Assembly (NCBI GenBank): GCA_044360485.1
Contig: JBIKKG010000001.1
Span: forward strand, 1 to 60,735
Source of the DNA: Burkholderiaceae bacterium
Lineage (GTDB): Bacteria > Pseudomonadota > Gammaproteobacteria > Burkholderiales > Burkholderiaceae_E
Length of the DNA: 60,735 bases
Direction: 5' to 3'
Shown here: positions 1-9,429 of the stretch, in pieces
Numbering within the stretch: position 1 is the first letter of the stretch
How the letters are laid out: each line of letters begins with the position of its first letter
Notes under the pieces: model-generated
The model's input: the letters and a program-made list of their open reading frames with translations, nothing else
Databases searched by the model: none
What the model was told of the DNA's origin: nothing
Program-made: the position numbers and the translations under genes

Positions 1-978
1 ACCCAACCCAGCGGTCGCAGTGGGAGAGAGTGCTGCGCGTGCCACACCGTAACGGGCGCGCGATGCGACAGTCTTCGTGTCGGGCGCGGGGGTCCCGGCC
101 GGCATTTGAAAATACACAGCCCAGTTCTCTTCACAAGCAAGGTAAGTGCCCCACGGCGTCTTGCCATGGCCGCAATTGTTCAGCGTGCCGCGCGCGGTAG
201 AGCCTGACGTGTCGAACGCCGTGACCATCAAGGATTTGATGTTCGCCAGATGGGCGGCCGGCCCGGTGATATTCACCACAGTATTGGGGGTGATCCGGCG
301 GTTGTAGGCAGAATCCTTCTTGTAGGACCAGGTGCTGCCGCTCTTGCTCAGTTCTACAATCGACACACCGTGATGGTTGATCTCCTTGCGTACTTCCAGT
401 CCATCAGCGGGTCGGTCCTTCGCGTCCCAGTCCCCGAACTGAGTGAACTTCTTGCCTCTGACACCGCCGGAGGTCTGTCCGGTCGGATGAAAGAAATGCG
501 CATCGGCTGAGCTCTCGTGGTTGACCGCGAGCAGGGCTCGCCCCGTGTCTGCGTCCGAGTACTTACCGCTTGCATCAATAAAGAACAGATCCATGCCGTC
601 ATGGTGATCGCCGATCCTACGGGCCCAGTCGTCGGTTTCCGTACCCGAACCGCTGTAGGCCGGCAGGCTCGAATCAAGCGGGTCACCGGTGGCATGGACG
701 ACCCGAACGGTATAGCCGGCCGGAACGACCACCTGGTCCGCCAGACTCTTGCCAACCGGAGTGAAGCTCAATCCCTTCGTCTGTACCGGAACATTGCTGG
801 TCGGATCGCTGTCTCCGCCACACGCCTGAAGCATCGGGAGCGCCGCTGCGGCAGACAACCCGACGCTGCCGCGCAGCACATTGCGGCGGGCTGGACTGAC
901 CAGCGCGCGGTCAAGGACATTCTGGAAATGTTCGTTCGACGAATCGTTGCAAATGGGGTCGTCGTGATGGTGCGACAT
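1..978 (-). CDS. phoX: PhoX-family (DUF839) secreted alkaline phosphatase, N-terminal part only (gene runs off the window start)
   Basis: Absent from the ORF track because it has no stop in the window. My reverse-strand translation starts at the ATG (plus-strand CAT 976-978, GGAG upstream). It gives MSHHHDDP..RRNVLRGSVGLSAAAALP (twin-arginine signal) and later GTLNNCGHGKTPWGTYLACEENW, the conserved PhoX/DUF839 block. Confidence 0.8.
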   Translation of the reverse strand, partial: MSHHHDDPICNDSSNEHFQNVLDRALVSPARRNVLRGSVGLSAAAALPMLQACGGDSDPTSNVPVQTKGLSFTPVGKSLADQVVVPAGYTVRVVHATGDPLDSSLPAYSGSGTETDDWARRIGDHHDGMDLFFIDASGKYSDADTGRALLAVNHESSADAHFFHPTGQTSGGVRGKKFTQFGDWDAKDRPADGLEVRKEINHHGVSIVELSKSGSTWSYKKDSAYNRRITPNTVVNITGPAAHLANIKSLMVTAFDTSGSTARGTLNNCGHGKTPWGTYLACEENWAVYFQMPAGTPAPDTKTVASRARYGVARAALSPTATAGLG

Positions 979-1103
979 GCTGGACTCCTGGAGGTCGTTG
1001 GATACCCCGTGTCGTGAAGGCTCCGAGGAAGTCGAAGCTCAAACGGGGTCGCTCTCGAGCGAGTCGTGACGATGCGTGACTGAGATGACGCTGCCTTGAT
1101 CGA

Positions 1104-1136
1104 ACCGTGACAGTTCGACAGCAGTTAAATGACACC
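1104..1136 (-). promoter_or_regulatory. Possible Pho box (PhoB site) upstream of phoX
   Basis: The minus strand reads gTGTCAtttaa cTGCTGtcgaa cTGTCAcggtt. These are three TGTCA-like units in 11-bp phase, about 125 nt upstream of the phoX ATG. The call rests on a pattern match to the enterobacterial CTGTCAT-N4-CTGTCAT logic only. Confidence 0.35.
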
Positions 1137-1142
1137 GCAGAC

Positions 1143-2435
1143 TTAAAGTCCGAGCGCCTTAGGCAACCAGAGGGTGATGACCGGGAAGGCGATCAGCACG
1201 GCAAGCCTGACAATGTCGGCATACAGAAACGGCATGACGCCCTTCCAGATCTGGCCGGTGGGCACATCGGGCAGCACGCTGCGCAGCACGAACACATTCA
1301 TGCCGACAGGCGGGCTGATCATGCCGATTTCCACCACACACACGATCAAAATGCCGAACCACACCGGGTCAAAGCCCAAGTGCGTGATCAGCGGAAAGAA
1401 GATCGGCACCGTGAGCAGGATCATCGAGAGCTCTTCCATCGCGGTGCCCAGGAGCACGTACACCGCACAGATCGCCACGATCACGGCAATGGGATGAATG
1501 CTGAACTGCTCGACGAAGTCCTTCAGGTCCTGGGGCATGGTTGTGAAGTTCGCGAAGCTCGCAAAGATCGATGCACCGATCAGGATGGTGAACAGCATGG
1601 CTGTCGTGCGGGCCGACTGCACCAACACATCGATCAGGACAGGCCAAGTCAACGCGCCGCGCGCTAACGCAAAGAGAAAACCGCCCATCGCTCCAATGCC
1701 AGCGGCCTCGGTCGGTGTGAACCAGCCGCCGTACATGCCGCCCATCACCATGGCAAACAGCACCAGCACGCCCCAGATGTCGCGCAACGCCCTCAAGCGC
1801 TCAGCCCAGCTTGAGCGTTCTCCCGAAGGACCCAATTCCGGGTTGCGACGCGTGACCACGGAGGCCGCCACCATGTAGAACAGCGTGGCGAGCAGCCCAG
1901 GGATGACGCCGGCGGCAAAGAGCGCTCCAATGCTCTGCTCGGTCATGATGGCGTACAACACCATGATGACCGATGGTGGAATCAGGATCCCAAGAGTGCC
2001 GCCTGCAGCAATCGAGCCTGCCGCAAACGAATCCCGATACTTGAAGCGACGCATCTCAGGCATGGCCACGCGTGCCATGGTGGCCGTGGTGGCAATGGAT
2101 GAGCCGCAAATCGCTCCGAACCCCGCGCAGGCAGCGATGGTAGACATCGCGAGCCCGCCGCGACGGTGTCCGATAAAGGTGTAGGCCACCCGGTACAGCT
2201 CGCGTGACATGCCTGCGCGCGTCACGAAGTTGCCCATCAGCACGAACAGCGGGACGACCGAGAGTGTGTACTTCGCGACGTCGAGGATTTCGGTCGTCGA
2301 CGAGGCGATCGCTGCAGGCCAGGAACGCATCAGCCCGATGCCAACGAGGCCCACAACACCCATGCTGATGGCGATCGGCACCCTCAGCATCATCAAGGCG
2401 AACGTGGCCGCAAAGCCGAGCAGCGCTTCGAGCAT
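1143..2435 (-). CDS. dctM: TRAP transporter large permease subunit (DctM family)
   Basis: Track ORF 1143..2516. The polytopic membrane protein has a typical DctM N-terminus, MLEALLGFAATFALMMLRVPIAISMG, at internal Met28 (start moved to 2435). It sits directly downstream of dctQ and dctP. Confidence 0.9.
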   Translation of the reverse strand: MLEALLGFAATFALMMLRVPIAISMGVVGLVGIGLMRSWPAAIASSTTEILDVAKYTLSVVPLFVLMGNFVTRAGMSRELYRVAYTFIGHRRGGLAMSTIAACAGFGAICGSSIATTATMARVAMPEMRRFKYRDSFAAGSIAAGGTLGILIPPSVIMVLYAIMTEQSIGALFAAGVIPGLLATLFYMVAASVVTRRNPELGPSGERSSWAERLRALRDIWGVLVLFAMVMGGMYGGWFTPTEAAGIGAMGGFLFALARGALTWPVLIDVLVQSARTTAMLFTILIGASIFASFANFTTMPQDLKDFVEQFSIHPIAVIVAICAVYVLLGTAMEELSMILLTVPIFFPLITHLGFDPVWFGILIVCVVEIGMISPPVGMNVFVLRSVLPDVPTGQIWKGVMPFLYADIVRLAVLIAFPVITLWLPKALGL

Positions 2436-2451
2436 CAGACGGTGCCTACGG

Positions 2452-2946
2452 TCATACGGCACCTGCGGTCGGGTCGTCTTCCTCAAATGATGGCGCTGCA
2501 AACGCCAAATACACATGCATGAGCGCTGTCAACGCCAGCATGGCCGCGACCGCATAAAAAAAAGGGGACAGTGTCAGCAACAATTGCGCCGTGGTGTCGC
2601 CTTGCTCGGCCGTACGCGCCGCACGCACAAACACGAGCCAGCTGGCACCCGCCATGACCGCTGCACAGAACAGCTGCGACAAAAGGCCTTGTATCGCGCG
2701 CAGCGATGCGGGCAGCCAGTGGTCCAGCAAATCGAACAGGACATGCTCGCCACGCAATGACGTCAGCGGCAGGCCTGCAAAGATGACCGCCAGCATCAGA
2801 AGCTCGGTGAGCTCCAGACTGCCAGGCAGTGAGCGGTCAAAGACCTTGCGCCCGAGGACGTCGAGGAAGGTGAGCAACATCATGCCGAACAGGCTGCCAC
2901 CCGCCAACCACCCCAGTCCTCGTTCGACTGTCCGCATCAGTTGCAC
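2452..2946 (-). CDS. dctQ: TRAP transporter small permease subunit (DctQ family)
   Basis: 164-aa protein with four predicted TM segments, located between dctP and dctM, which is the canonical TRAP operon order. Confidence 0.85.
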   Translation of the reverse strand: MQLMRTVERGLGWLAGGSLFGMMLLTFLDVLGRKVFDRSLPGSLELTELLMLAVIFAGLPLTSLRGEHVLFDLLDHWLPASLRAIQGLLSQLFCAAVMAGASWLVFVRAARTAEQGDTTAQLLLTLSPFFYAVAAMLALTALMHVYLAFAAPSFEEDDPTAGAV

Positions 2947-3008
2947 GCACTCATGAGGCGTGCGGCAAAAGGGTTTCGCAGACGCATTGGCTGATCACTG
3001 AAACAGGA

Positions 3009-4022
3009 TCAGTTCCTGACAACTTCCGCCCGATACTCACGCAGGATCTGCTCCGGGTTGGACAGACCTTTGGCTTTCGCATCAGCGATCCACTTCGCTT
3101 CCAAGGCGGCGGTCTTGCCCTTCACCTCTTCGACGAATGCCTTGCCGGCCTGGGTCGACACCACGCCATTTGCCTGCATGAAGGCGTTGCCGCGCCGATC
3201 CACGTTGTCCCAGCCGCGGCCAAACATGCGTGCGGCATATTCACCCGAAAGCTTGGTGATGGCATCCTGGTCGGCCTTGGGGATCTTGTTCCATGTGCCT
3301 TCGTTCATCACGAATGCAAAGCTGGTGTTGTACAGGCCGCCAGGAAAGGTGGTCTTGTGCTTGACGAGCTTTTCGAGCTTGAAGGATTCAATGGACTCGG
3401 CCGGAAAGAACACGCCATCCATGACGCCTGAGGACACCAGCTCGTAGGACTCAGGGGCCGGCTTGAGGGTCACATTGACGCCCATCGCCTTGCCCACTTC
3501 GTTCACCATGCCACCACCCACCCGGAACTTCAGACCCTGCATATCAGCAAGTGAGGTCACGGCTCGCTTGGTGTTGAACACAATGCCTGGGCCATGAGTA
3601 AACACCGTGATGACTTTCAGTCCCTTGTGCTCGCCCAATGCAGCCAGATGCTTCTGATAGATGCGCTGATAGGCCACTGAGCTGGCCTCTGCAGAATCGC
3701 CCATGAAGGGCAGTTCGGGCATCAGGGTGGACACGTAGCGCCCCGGCGTATAGCCGTGCACGCTATAACTCAAATCGGCCAGGCCGTCTCGTACGGCATC
3801 AAAGGTTCCAGGCGGCGCCACCACAGCCTTGGGAAGAATGTTGCAGCGCACGCGGCTTTGCGTGGCATTACGCACCTCGTCGCACCACTTCGCCTGGGTC
3901 TGCGAGAGCGTGTGGTTCGGTCCGAGCCAGCTGGAGGTGGTCAGCACCACCTGCGCAGAAGCCGTGACAGATACAAGGGAAAGAGCCAACCCGACCACCA
4001 GGCTCGATAGGAACTTGCTCAT
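3009..4022 (-). CDS. dctP: TRAP transporter periplasmic solute-binding protein (DctP family)
   Basis: Track ORF 3009..4103. The start was moved to Met28, where a signal peptide begins (MSKFLSSLVVGLALSLVSVTASAQ). The mature protein is soluble and DctP-like, and the gene is first in the dctPQM operon. Confidence 0.9.
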   Translation of the reverse strand: MSKFLSSLVVGLALSLVSVTASAQVVLTTSSWLGPNHTLSQTQAKWCDEVRNATQSRVRCNILPKAVVAPPGTFDAVRDGLADLSYSVHGYTPGRYVSTLMPELPFMGDSAEASSVAYQRIYQKHLAALGEHKGLKVITVFTHGPGIVFNTKRAVTSLADMQGLKFRVGGGMVNEVGKAMGVNVTLKPAPESYELVSSGVMDGVFFPAESIESFKLEKLVKHKTTFPGGLYNTSFAFVMNEGTWNKIPKADQDAITKLSGEYAARMFGRGWDNVDRRGNAFMQANGVVSTQAGKAFVEEVKGKTAALEAKWIADAKAKGLSNPEQILREYRAEVVRN

Positions 4023-4156
4023 TTGTACGCTCCGAGGTTGGACGCGCGGACTGGTGTCCGGCGACAGGTGGCGATCATATTCGCCGACCAAACGGTCGGT
4101 CAATGTCTGCGCAGCAGACTCGCGTGACCAGACCGGACCTGACGCAGCCTGTCAGC

Positions 4157-4188
4157 ACAAAAGAAAAAGGCGCCCGTTTCCGTGCGCC
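4157..4188 (-). terminator. Rho-independent terminator after cbiX (end of the lptF-lptG-cbiX unit)
   Basis: The minus strand reads GGCGCACGGAAACGGGCGCC, a GC stem with a GAAA loop, followed by TTTTTCTTTT. It lies about 100 nt downstream of the cbiX stop. Confidence 0.55.
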
Positions 4189-4287
4189 CTGAACGGCAGA
4201 CTGTGCTGCCTCTCCTCCTCCTCGTAAACCTGCTGGCGCGCCACCTTGTGATGGTCCGTTGATTCAGGCGCCTAAGTTGAGCGCATC

Positions 4288-4758
4288 CTAACGAAAGCGC
4301 ATCGGGTCGTCCAGCGCTTTCTCGTCGACCGCGCCGATCGCCCCAGGCGCCCGCCCTGGATCCGAGAACTGGGCAATGCGGTCGTGAAGCATCGAGACCG
4401 CATCCATGCACTCCTGAGCCATTGCTTCAATGACGCGCTCGCTCGCACCGAGCGCCTGCTCAATCTGTACCGACAAACCCGGAAACGTCGCACGCAGGCC
4501 CGCCACACGATCCGGCAAGTCGCGCAGCACATGCCCGCCTGCTGCCAGAAAAACCGGAGCAATCACCACGTGCTGAGCGCCGGCCGATACCAGCGTTGAG
4601 ACCGCTTCCTGAAGGTCTGGTGACATGAACTCCAGAAAGGCGCATTCCACCAGCAGCGCCGGATCGCGGGTACGACAACGCCCTGCAAGCGTTTCCATGG
4701 TGAGCGCCCAGCGGGGGTCGCGTGCACCATGCCCAAAGAGGATGAGGCCTGTCTTCAT
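4288..4758 (-). CDS. cbiX: CbiX-type (small) sirohydrochlorin chelatase-like protein
   Basis: The internal Met89 of track ORF 4288..5022 gives MKTGLILFGHGARDPRW...HVVIAPVFLAAGGHVLRDLP, which carries the CbiX/SirB GHG-RDP and LxxGxH motifs. The start overlaps the lptG stop in an ATGA (4755-4758). Confidence 0.75.
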   Translation of the reverse strand: MKTGLILFGHGARDPRWALTMETLAGRCRTRDPALLVECAFLEFMSPDLQEAVSTLVSAGAQHVVIAPVFLAAGGHVLRDLPDRVAGLRATFPGLSVQIEQALGASERVIEAMAQECMDAVSMLHDRIAQFSDPGRAPGAIGAVDEKALDDPMRFR

Positions 4759-5888
4759 CGCATTCGTCCGACTCGAGCAAGCATGAGCGACGCCACGGCA
4801 AGCGCCACCAGGCTGGGAATACTGACCGCAAGCCATGGCGGCCAGGTGTTGAGCAGCCCCAGATGCGAGAACAAACCGTTCATGAAATGAAACACGACAC
4901 CCAGCATGATGCCGGCAAACACCTTGTAGCCAATGCTGCCCGCTCGCACCTGCAAATAGGCGAAAGGCAAGGCCAGCATCATCATGATGATGACCGCAAA
5001 GGGATAGATTGCCTTTTTCCAAAGGGCGAGTTCATAGCGCCCAGGCGACTGACGATTGTCGCGCAAGTGTCGCGTGTATTGGATCAAAGCGTTCAGCGAC
5101 ATCCGGGCCGGGTCGACCAGCGAGACACGCAAAATGTTCGGGTCAAGATCGGAAGCCCAGTCACGTTGCGCGTCGTGCAGCACTTTCGAGCCAAGGGTGG
5201 GTAACCCATCCTGGGTGCGGCCTGACTCAAAACGGGTCTCATCCACCTGCGACAACACCCAGCGTGAGTCACCCTCGAACCGCGCCCACTCGGCATGCAC
5301 GATCGAACGCAGGGTCAAGTTCGGTGTGAATTCGAAGATCCGCACATTTCGAAGACTGGCATCCGCATTGAGCGTGCCAATGTTCACGAAACGGATCGCG
5401 GTGAGCTCGCCTGACGGCGCGCGACGGGTGTCTTTCACCCAGGTTCCGGACCGAAACTCGCCGACAGTGCCCTTGCCCAACGCGCCCAGGCGCAATCGCT
5501 GCGCCAGGCGCTCAGTTGGGGGAGACACCACTTCGCCCATCAGCGCCGTGAACAACGCGCACCCCAACCCGGCGAGCAGGATCGCCTGCAGCGCACGCAC
5601 GCGCCCCATGCCGGCCGCACGCATCGCAGTGAACTCTGACTGCGATGCAAACCGGGCCAGCGCATACACCGACCCAATCAGTGAAGCTACCGGCATCAGC
5701 TCATAGACACGACTCGGCAGCGTCAAGGCCACAAAGGCCAGCGCATGCTGGATGCGGTAAGCGCCCTTGCCGAGGTCATCCAGCTCCCCAACCAAGTCAA
5801 AAAACGCGAACAACGCCAGGAACCCGAACAAGACAAACAACACGCCCAGCACGATCTCGCGTGCCAGATAACGGGTGACGACGGTCAT
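4755..5888 (-). CDS. lptG: LPS export ABC transporter permease LptG
   Basis: 377-aa protein. The N-terminus MTVVTRYLAREIVLGVLFVLFGFLALFAFFDLVGELDDLG is typical of the YjgP/YjgQ family. It overlaps the lptF stop by 4 nt. Confidence 0.9.
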   Translation of the reverse strand: MTVVTRYLAREIVLGVLFVLFGFLALFAFFDLVGELDDLGKGAYRIQHALAFVALTLPSRVYELMPVASLIGSVYALARFASQSEFTAMRAAGMGRVRALQAILLAGLGCALFTALMGEVVSPPTERLAQRLRLGALGKGTVGEFRSGTWVKDTRRAPSGELTAIRFVNIGTLNADASLRNVRIFEFTPNLTLRSIVHAEWARFEGDSRWVLSQVDETRFESGRTQDGLPTLGSKVLHDAQRDWASDLDPNILRVSLVDPARMSLNALIQYTRHLRDNRQSPGRYELALWKKAIYPFAVIIMMMLALPFAYLQVRAGSIGYKVFAGIMLGVVFHFMNGLFSHLGLLNTWPPWLAVSIPSLVALAVASLMLARVGRMR

Positions 5889-7027
5889 GCAGACGCCTCG
5901 GGACCCGCTGGCTGACGTGGGTTAGCTTGGGTGCGCACGCCGCGCCAAGTCAGCCAGGCAGGCCATAGTCGAGACAGAGACATCCGTCGCCAGAACATGA
6001 ACGCGATGATCGCGATGACCGCCACATGCGTGGCGAGCAAACCCACCGCGAAAGGCAGGCGGCCCTGGCTGACCCAAGCTTGCATCAGGCTGTTGGCGTT
6101 GTTGTAGATCACATAAATCAGCATGGCCACGATCAGATTGACAGACTGATTGACCCGCGGGTTGACGAACGCGAGCGGGATCGCCAGCAGTGCCGCGAGC
6201 AGGCCTGATACCGGCAGGCTCAACCGCCAGATCAGTTCGCCGCGATTGGTCGCGCTTGGCTCCTGAATCAAATCGGTCGTGGCACGCATACGCGCGGAAT
6301 CCTCGGCCCCTGGCTCAGGCTTGGGCTGCAGCAGCAGTCCGTACCGCTCAAACTCCATCAGCCGATAGGCCCCTTCGCCCCATTGGCCATCCCAGCGACG
6401 ACCGTCTTCCAGCACCAGAAAACGCCCACCCTCCGGACGTGTTTCGATCCGACCGCCGCTTGAGGCCACCACCGTCAGGTGCCCCTCGCGGATTTGCGTC
6501 ACGAAGACATTGCGCACTTCGGTCTGAGCTTCATTGACCGACTCGACAAAGAAGACGCGATTGGACGACACCGACTCGCGAAATTGCCCCGGTGCGACCA
6601 TGGACACGTCATCTCGCAACTCGAAGCGCCGCTTGTACTCGCTTGCCTGACGGTTGGCCCAAGGTCCTACCAGCAGCGACACGATCGCAATCAGGATCAC
6701 AAACGGCATCGCAAAGGTCAGTACCGGCCGAATCCAGGCGCGCAAACTCAGACCGCTTGCAAACCACACCACCATTTCGGAATCGCGGTAGGCCCGGGTC
6801 AGCGCCAACAGCACCGTGATGTAGAGCGTGAGGACCATGAGCACCGGGATGTAATTGACCGATGCAAATGCGATCAGGGGCAGAACATCGGCGGAAGCCA
6901 GCCGGTTCGCCGCCGCACCTCCCAGCAGTCGGATCGACGTGGTGGTGACCATGACCGTGAACAGGGTTGCGAAGACCGCACCCGCCAGGTTGAAAAGGTC
7001 TCGGCGCAGGGCCTGTTGGAACAACAT
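5885..7027 (-). CDS. lptF: LPS export ABC transporter permease LptF
   Basis: Track ORF 5885..7426. The upstream 133 codons are Ser/Arg/Ala-rich junk that overlaps pepA. The start was moved to Met134 (MLFQQALRRDLFNLAGAVFATLF), giving 380 aa. It is divergent from pepA, as in E. coli. Confidence 0.85.
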   Translation of the reverse strand: MLFQQALRRDLFNLAGAVFATLFTVMVTTTSIRLLGGAAANRLASADVLPLIAFASVNYIPVLMVLTLYITVLLALTRAYRDSEMVVWFASGLSLRAWIRPVLTFAMPFVILIAIVSLLVGPWANRQASEYKRRFELRDDVSMVAPGQFRESVSSNRVFFVESVNEAQTEVRNVFVTQIREGHLTVVASSGGRIETRPEGGRFLVLEDGRRWDGQWGEGAYRLMEFERYGLLLQPKPEPGAEDSARMRATTDLIQEPSATNRGELIWRLSLPVSGLLAALLAIPLAFVNPRVNQSVNLIVAMLIYVIYNNANSLMQAWVSQGRLPFAVGLLATHVAVIAIIAFMFWRRMSLSRLWPAWLTWRGVRTQANPRQPAGPEASA

Positions 7028-7082
7028 CGCAGGCTGGGACGCTCGCTTATACTTCGATGGAATCAAGCCCTGAAAGACCGCG

Positions 7083-8564
7083 ATGGAATTTAGCATAAAG
7101 ACTTCTACCCCCGAGAAAACCCGAACGGGCTGTGCCGTTGTGGCAGTGACCGGCTCCCGGCTCTCCCCATCCGGCCTGGCGATCGACACCGCCTGCAAGG
7201 GCCAACTGGCCGCTGCGCTCAAGCGGGGCGATCTGCCGGCGAAGGCGGGGGCGACCTTGCTGGTGGGTACGGGCTTGGCGATTGAGCGCGTGTTGCTGGT
7301 CTCGGCTGGGGATAAAGCAGGGGTGACTGAACGCGAATTCGGCGACATGGCGCGGGCGGTCGTGCGCGCGCTGCAAGGCACCGGCGCACGCGATGCCGTG
7401 TCTTGGCTCGACGAGGTGGAGGTCAAGGACCGTGACGCTGCCTGGAAAGTCCGTACGCAGGCATTGATCGCTCGTGAAATCGGTTATCGGTTCGATCGCA
7501 CCAAGAGCAAACCTGACACCACGCCACGTGGCCCCGCCGCATTGGCCTTCGGTGCAACCCGCGCGCTCAACGCCGCCCTGACGGCCGAGCTGCGCATGGT
7601 CCAGGCGCTGTCGGACGGTGCCGACCTCGCCAAAGATCTGGGCAACCTGCCTCCCAATCTCTGCACCCCAGCCTATCTGGCGGACACTGCCCGCAAGCTT
7701 GGCAAGCGCTTCGGCCTGAAGGTAGAAGTACTCGAGCGCAAGCAGATGGAGTCGCTCAAGATGGGCGCATTGCTCGCCGTGGCTCAGGGCTCGGAGCTTG
7801 CACCCAAGCTCATCGTCATGCGGTACGACGGTGCAGGTGCCAAACAAAAGCCCATCGCGCTGGTTGGCAAGGGCATCACGTTCGATACCGGCGGCATCTC
7901 GCTCAAGCCCGCCGCAGACATGGATGAAATGAAGTACGACATGTGCGGCGCAGCATCGGTCCTGGGAACGATGCATGCCGTGGCCGCCATGGGCGCGCGT
8001 GTCAATCTGATCGGCGTGATTCCGACCTGCGAAAACATGCCCTCCGGGCGGGCCACACGCCCGGGAGATATCGTGACCACGATGTCAGGCCAGACCGTCG
8101 AGATCCTCAATACCGATGCCGAAGGCCGGCTCATTCTGTGCGACGCGCTGACCTACGTGGAGCGGTTCAAGCCGGCCGCGGTGGTCGATATTGCGACACT
8201 GACCGGCGCGTGCGTGGTGGCGCTGGGCCATCATCACAGCGGCCTGTTCACGGCCAATGACGCCCTGGCATCGGAGCTGACTGCTTGCGGGCGCGAAGCA
8301 TCCGACACCTGCTGGCGCATGCCGCTCGACGATGCCTATCAGGAAGGTCTGAAGTCGAATTTCGCCGACATGGCCAATGTCGGTGGGCGTGCCGGCGGTG
8401 CCGTGACCGCAGCGTGTTTTCTGGCGCGGTTCACCAAGGCCTACGACTGGGCGCACCTGGACATTGCCGGCACCGCCTGGCGCAGCGGCGCGGCCAAAGG
8501 CTCAAGTGGCAGGCCAGTCCCACTGCTGACGCGATTCGTTCTGGGCCGCGCTGCGCGCGGCTGA
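7083..8564 (+). CDS. pepA: Leucyl aminopeptidase (M17 family)
   Basis: 493-aa protein with M17 signature blocks [16 protein letters not shown] and [14 protein letters not shown]. It sits in the conserved pepA-holC-valS neighbourhood. Confidence 0.95.
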   Translation: MEFSIKTSTPEKTRTGCAVVAVTGSRLSPSGLAIDTACKGQLAAALKRGDLPAKAGATLLVGTGLAIERVLLVSAGDKAGVTEREFGDMARAVVRALQGTGARDAVSWLDEVEVKDRDAAWKVRTQALIAREIGYRFDRTKSKPDTTPRGPAALAFGATRALNAALTAELRMVQALSDGADLAKDLGNLPPNLCTPAYLADTARKLGKRFGLKVEVLERKQMESLKMGALLAVAQGSELAPKLIVMRYDGAGAKQKPIALVGKGITFDTGGISLKPAADMDEMKYDMCGAASVLGTMHAVAAMGARVNLIGVIPTCENMPSGRATRPGDIVTTMSGQTVEILNTDAEGRLILCDALTYVERFKPAAVVDIATLTGACVVALGHHHSGLFTANDALASELTACGREASDTCWRMPLDDAYQEGLKSNFADMANVGGRAGGAVTAACFLARFTKAYDWAHLDIAGTAWRSGAAKGSSGRPVPLLTRFVLGRAARG

Positions 8565-8604
8565 CGCGGCACCCGGGGCCTGCGCCACAGTTTTACCTGC
8601 TGCC

Positions 8605-9045
8605 ATGACCCGGGTGGACTTTCATTTCAATGTGCCAGACAAGATCGAGTACGGTTGTCGACTGGTACGCAAGGCCTTTCGCGCAGGTCATCGCATCGTG
8701 GTGTTCAGCGATGACGCCGCACTGCTGGCGCGATTCGATCAGTCGTTATGGACGTTCTCAGCCCATGACTTCATCCCTCATGTCATGGCCACCGACCCGC
8801 TGGCCAGCGAGACGGCCGTGCTGTTGATGCATGGCGAGCCACAGCATGCCATGCCTGTGGATGACCGCGATCTGATGGTGAACCTGGGCAGCCTGACGCC
8901 CCCGGGATTCGCCCGTTTTGAGCGACTGATCGAGCTCGTATCCGGAATGGACGAGGACCGGGCAGCCGGGCGGGCGCGCTGGCGGTTTTATCGTGATCGG
9001 GGCTACCCGATCGAGACGCATGACCTGGCTGGCGCCGGTCAGTGA
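8605..9045 (+). CDS. holC: DNA polymerase III chi subunit
   Basis: 146-aa protein beginning MTRVDFHFNVPDKIEYGCRLVRKAFRAGHRIVVF (HolC-like). It lies between pepA and valS, which is the conserved position. Confidence 0.85.
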   Translation: MTRVDFHFNVPDKIEYGCRLVRKAFRAGHRIVVFSDDAALLARFDQSLWTFSAHDFIPHVMATDPLASETAVLLMHGEPQHAMPVDDRDLMVNLGSLTPPGFARFERLIELVSGMDEDRAAGRARWRFYRDRGYPIETHDLAGAGQ

Positions 9046-9058
9046 TCAGGAGAGGGTC

Positions 9059-9394
9059 ATGACCCCGCTTGAGCCGTCGCCCGACGATGAAACCATCCCG
9101 ATGCTCACTGAGGTTCTGGAGATTCCAGTCTCCACGCCGGCATCCGCACCTGAAGCGGGGCTCGACCCGAGTGCAGAATGGGTCGAGCGCCTACGCGAGT
9201 CCGTCACAACTCAAGTCCTGCAACAGCTTGAAGACGCGATCGACATCGGGTTTCGCGCCGAACTGCAACGCGCGCTTCAAGATGCCGTGGATGATGCTTG
9301 CGACAGCCTGCAGTCCAGCCTCAACATCGCCTTGAAGCAGGCGGTGGCCCGCGCGGTGGACGAAGCCCTCTCGAACAGGCCCGCCCAACTATAA
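9059..9394 (+). CDS. Small acidic hypothetical protein
   Basis: Internal Met23 of track ORF 8993..9394, preceded by AGGAGAG. The 111-aa product is acidic and predicted helical, and I recognise no domain in it. Confidence 0.5.
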   Translation: MTPLEPSPDDETIPMLTEVLEIPVSTPASAPEAGLDPSAEWVERLRESVTTQVLQQLEDAIDIGFRAELQRALQDAVDDACDSLQSSLNIALKQAVARAVDEALSNRPAQL

Positions 9395-9429
9395 TCGCGG
9401 GCTTCGCTCATCTCCCCGAGGCTCCCCCC

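Noticed and set aside
7047-7976. 309-aa ORF on the minus strand
   Set aside because: It is entirely antisense to pepA, whose M17 motifs are unambiguous. The composition is Arg/Ala/Gly-rich, typical of a high-GC shadow ORF.
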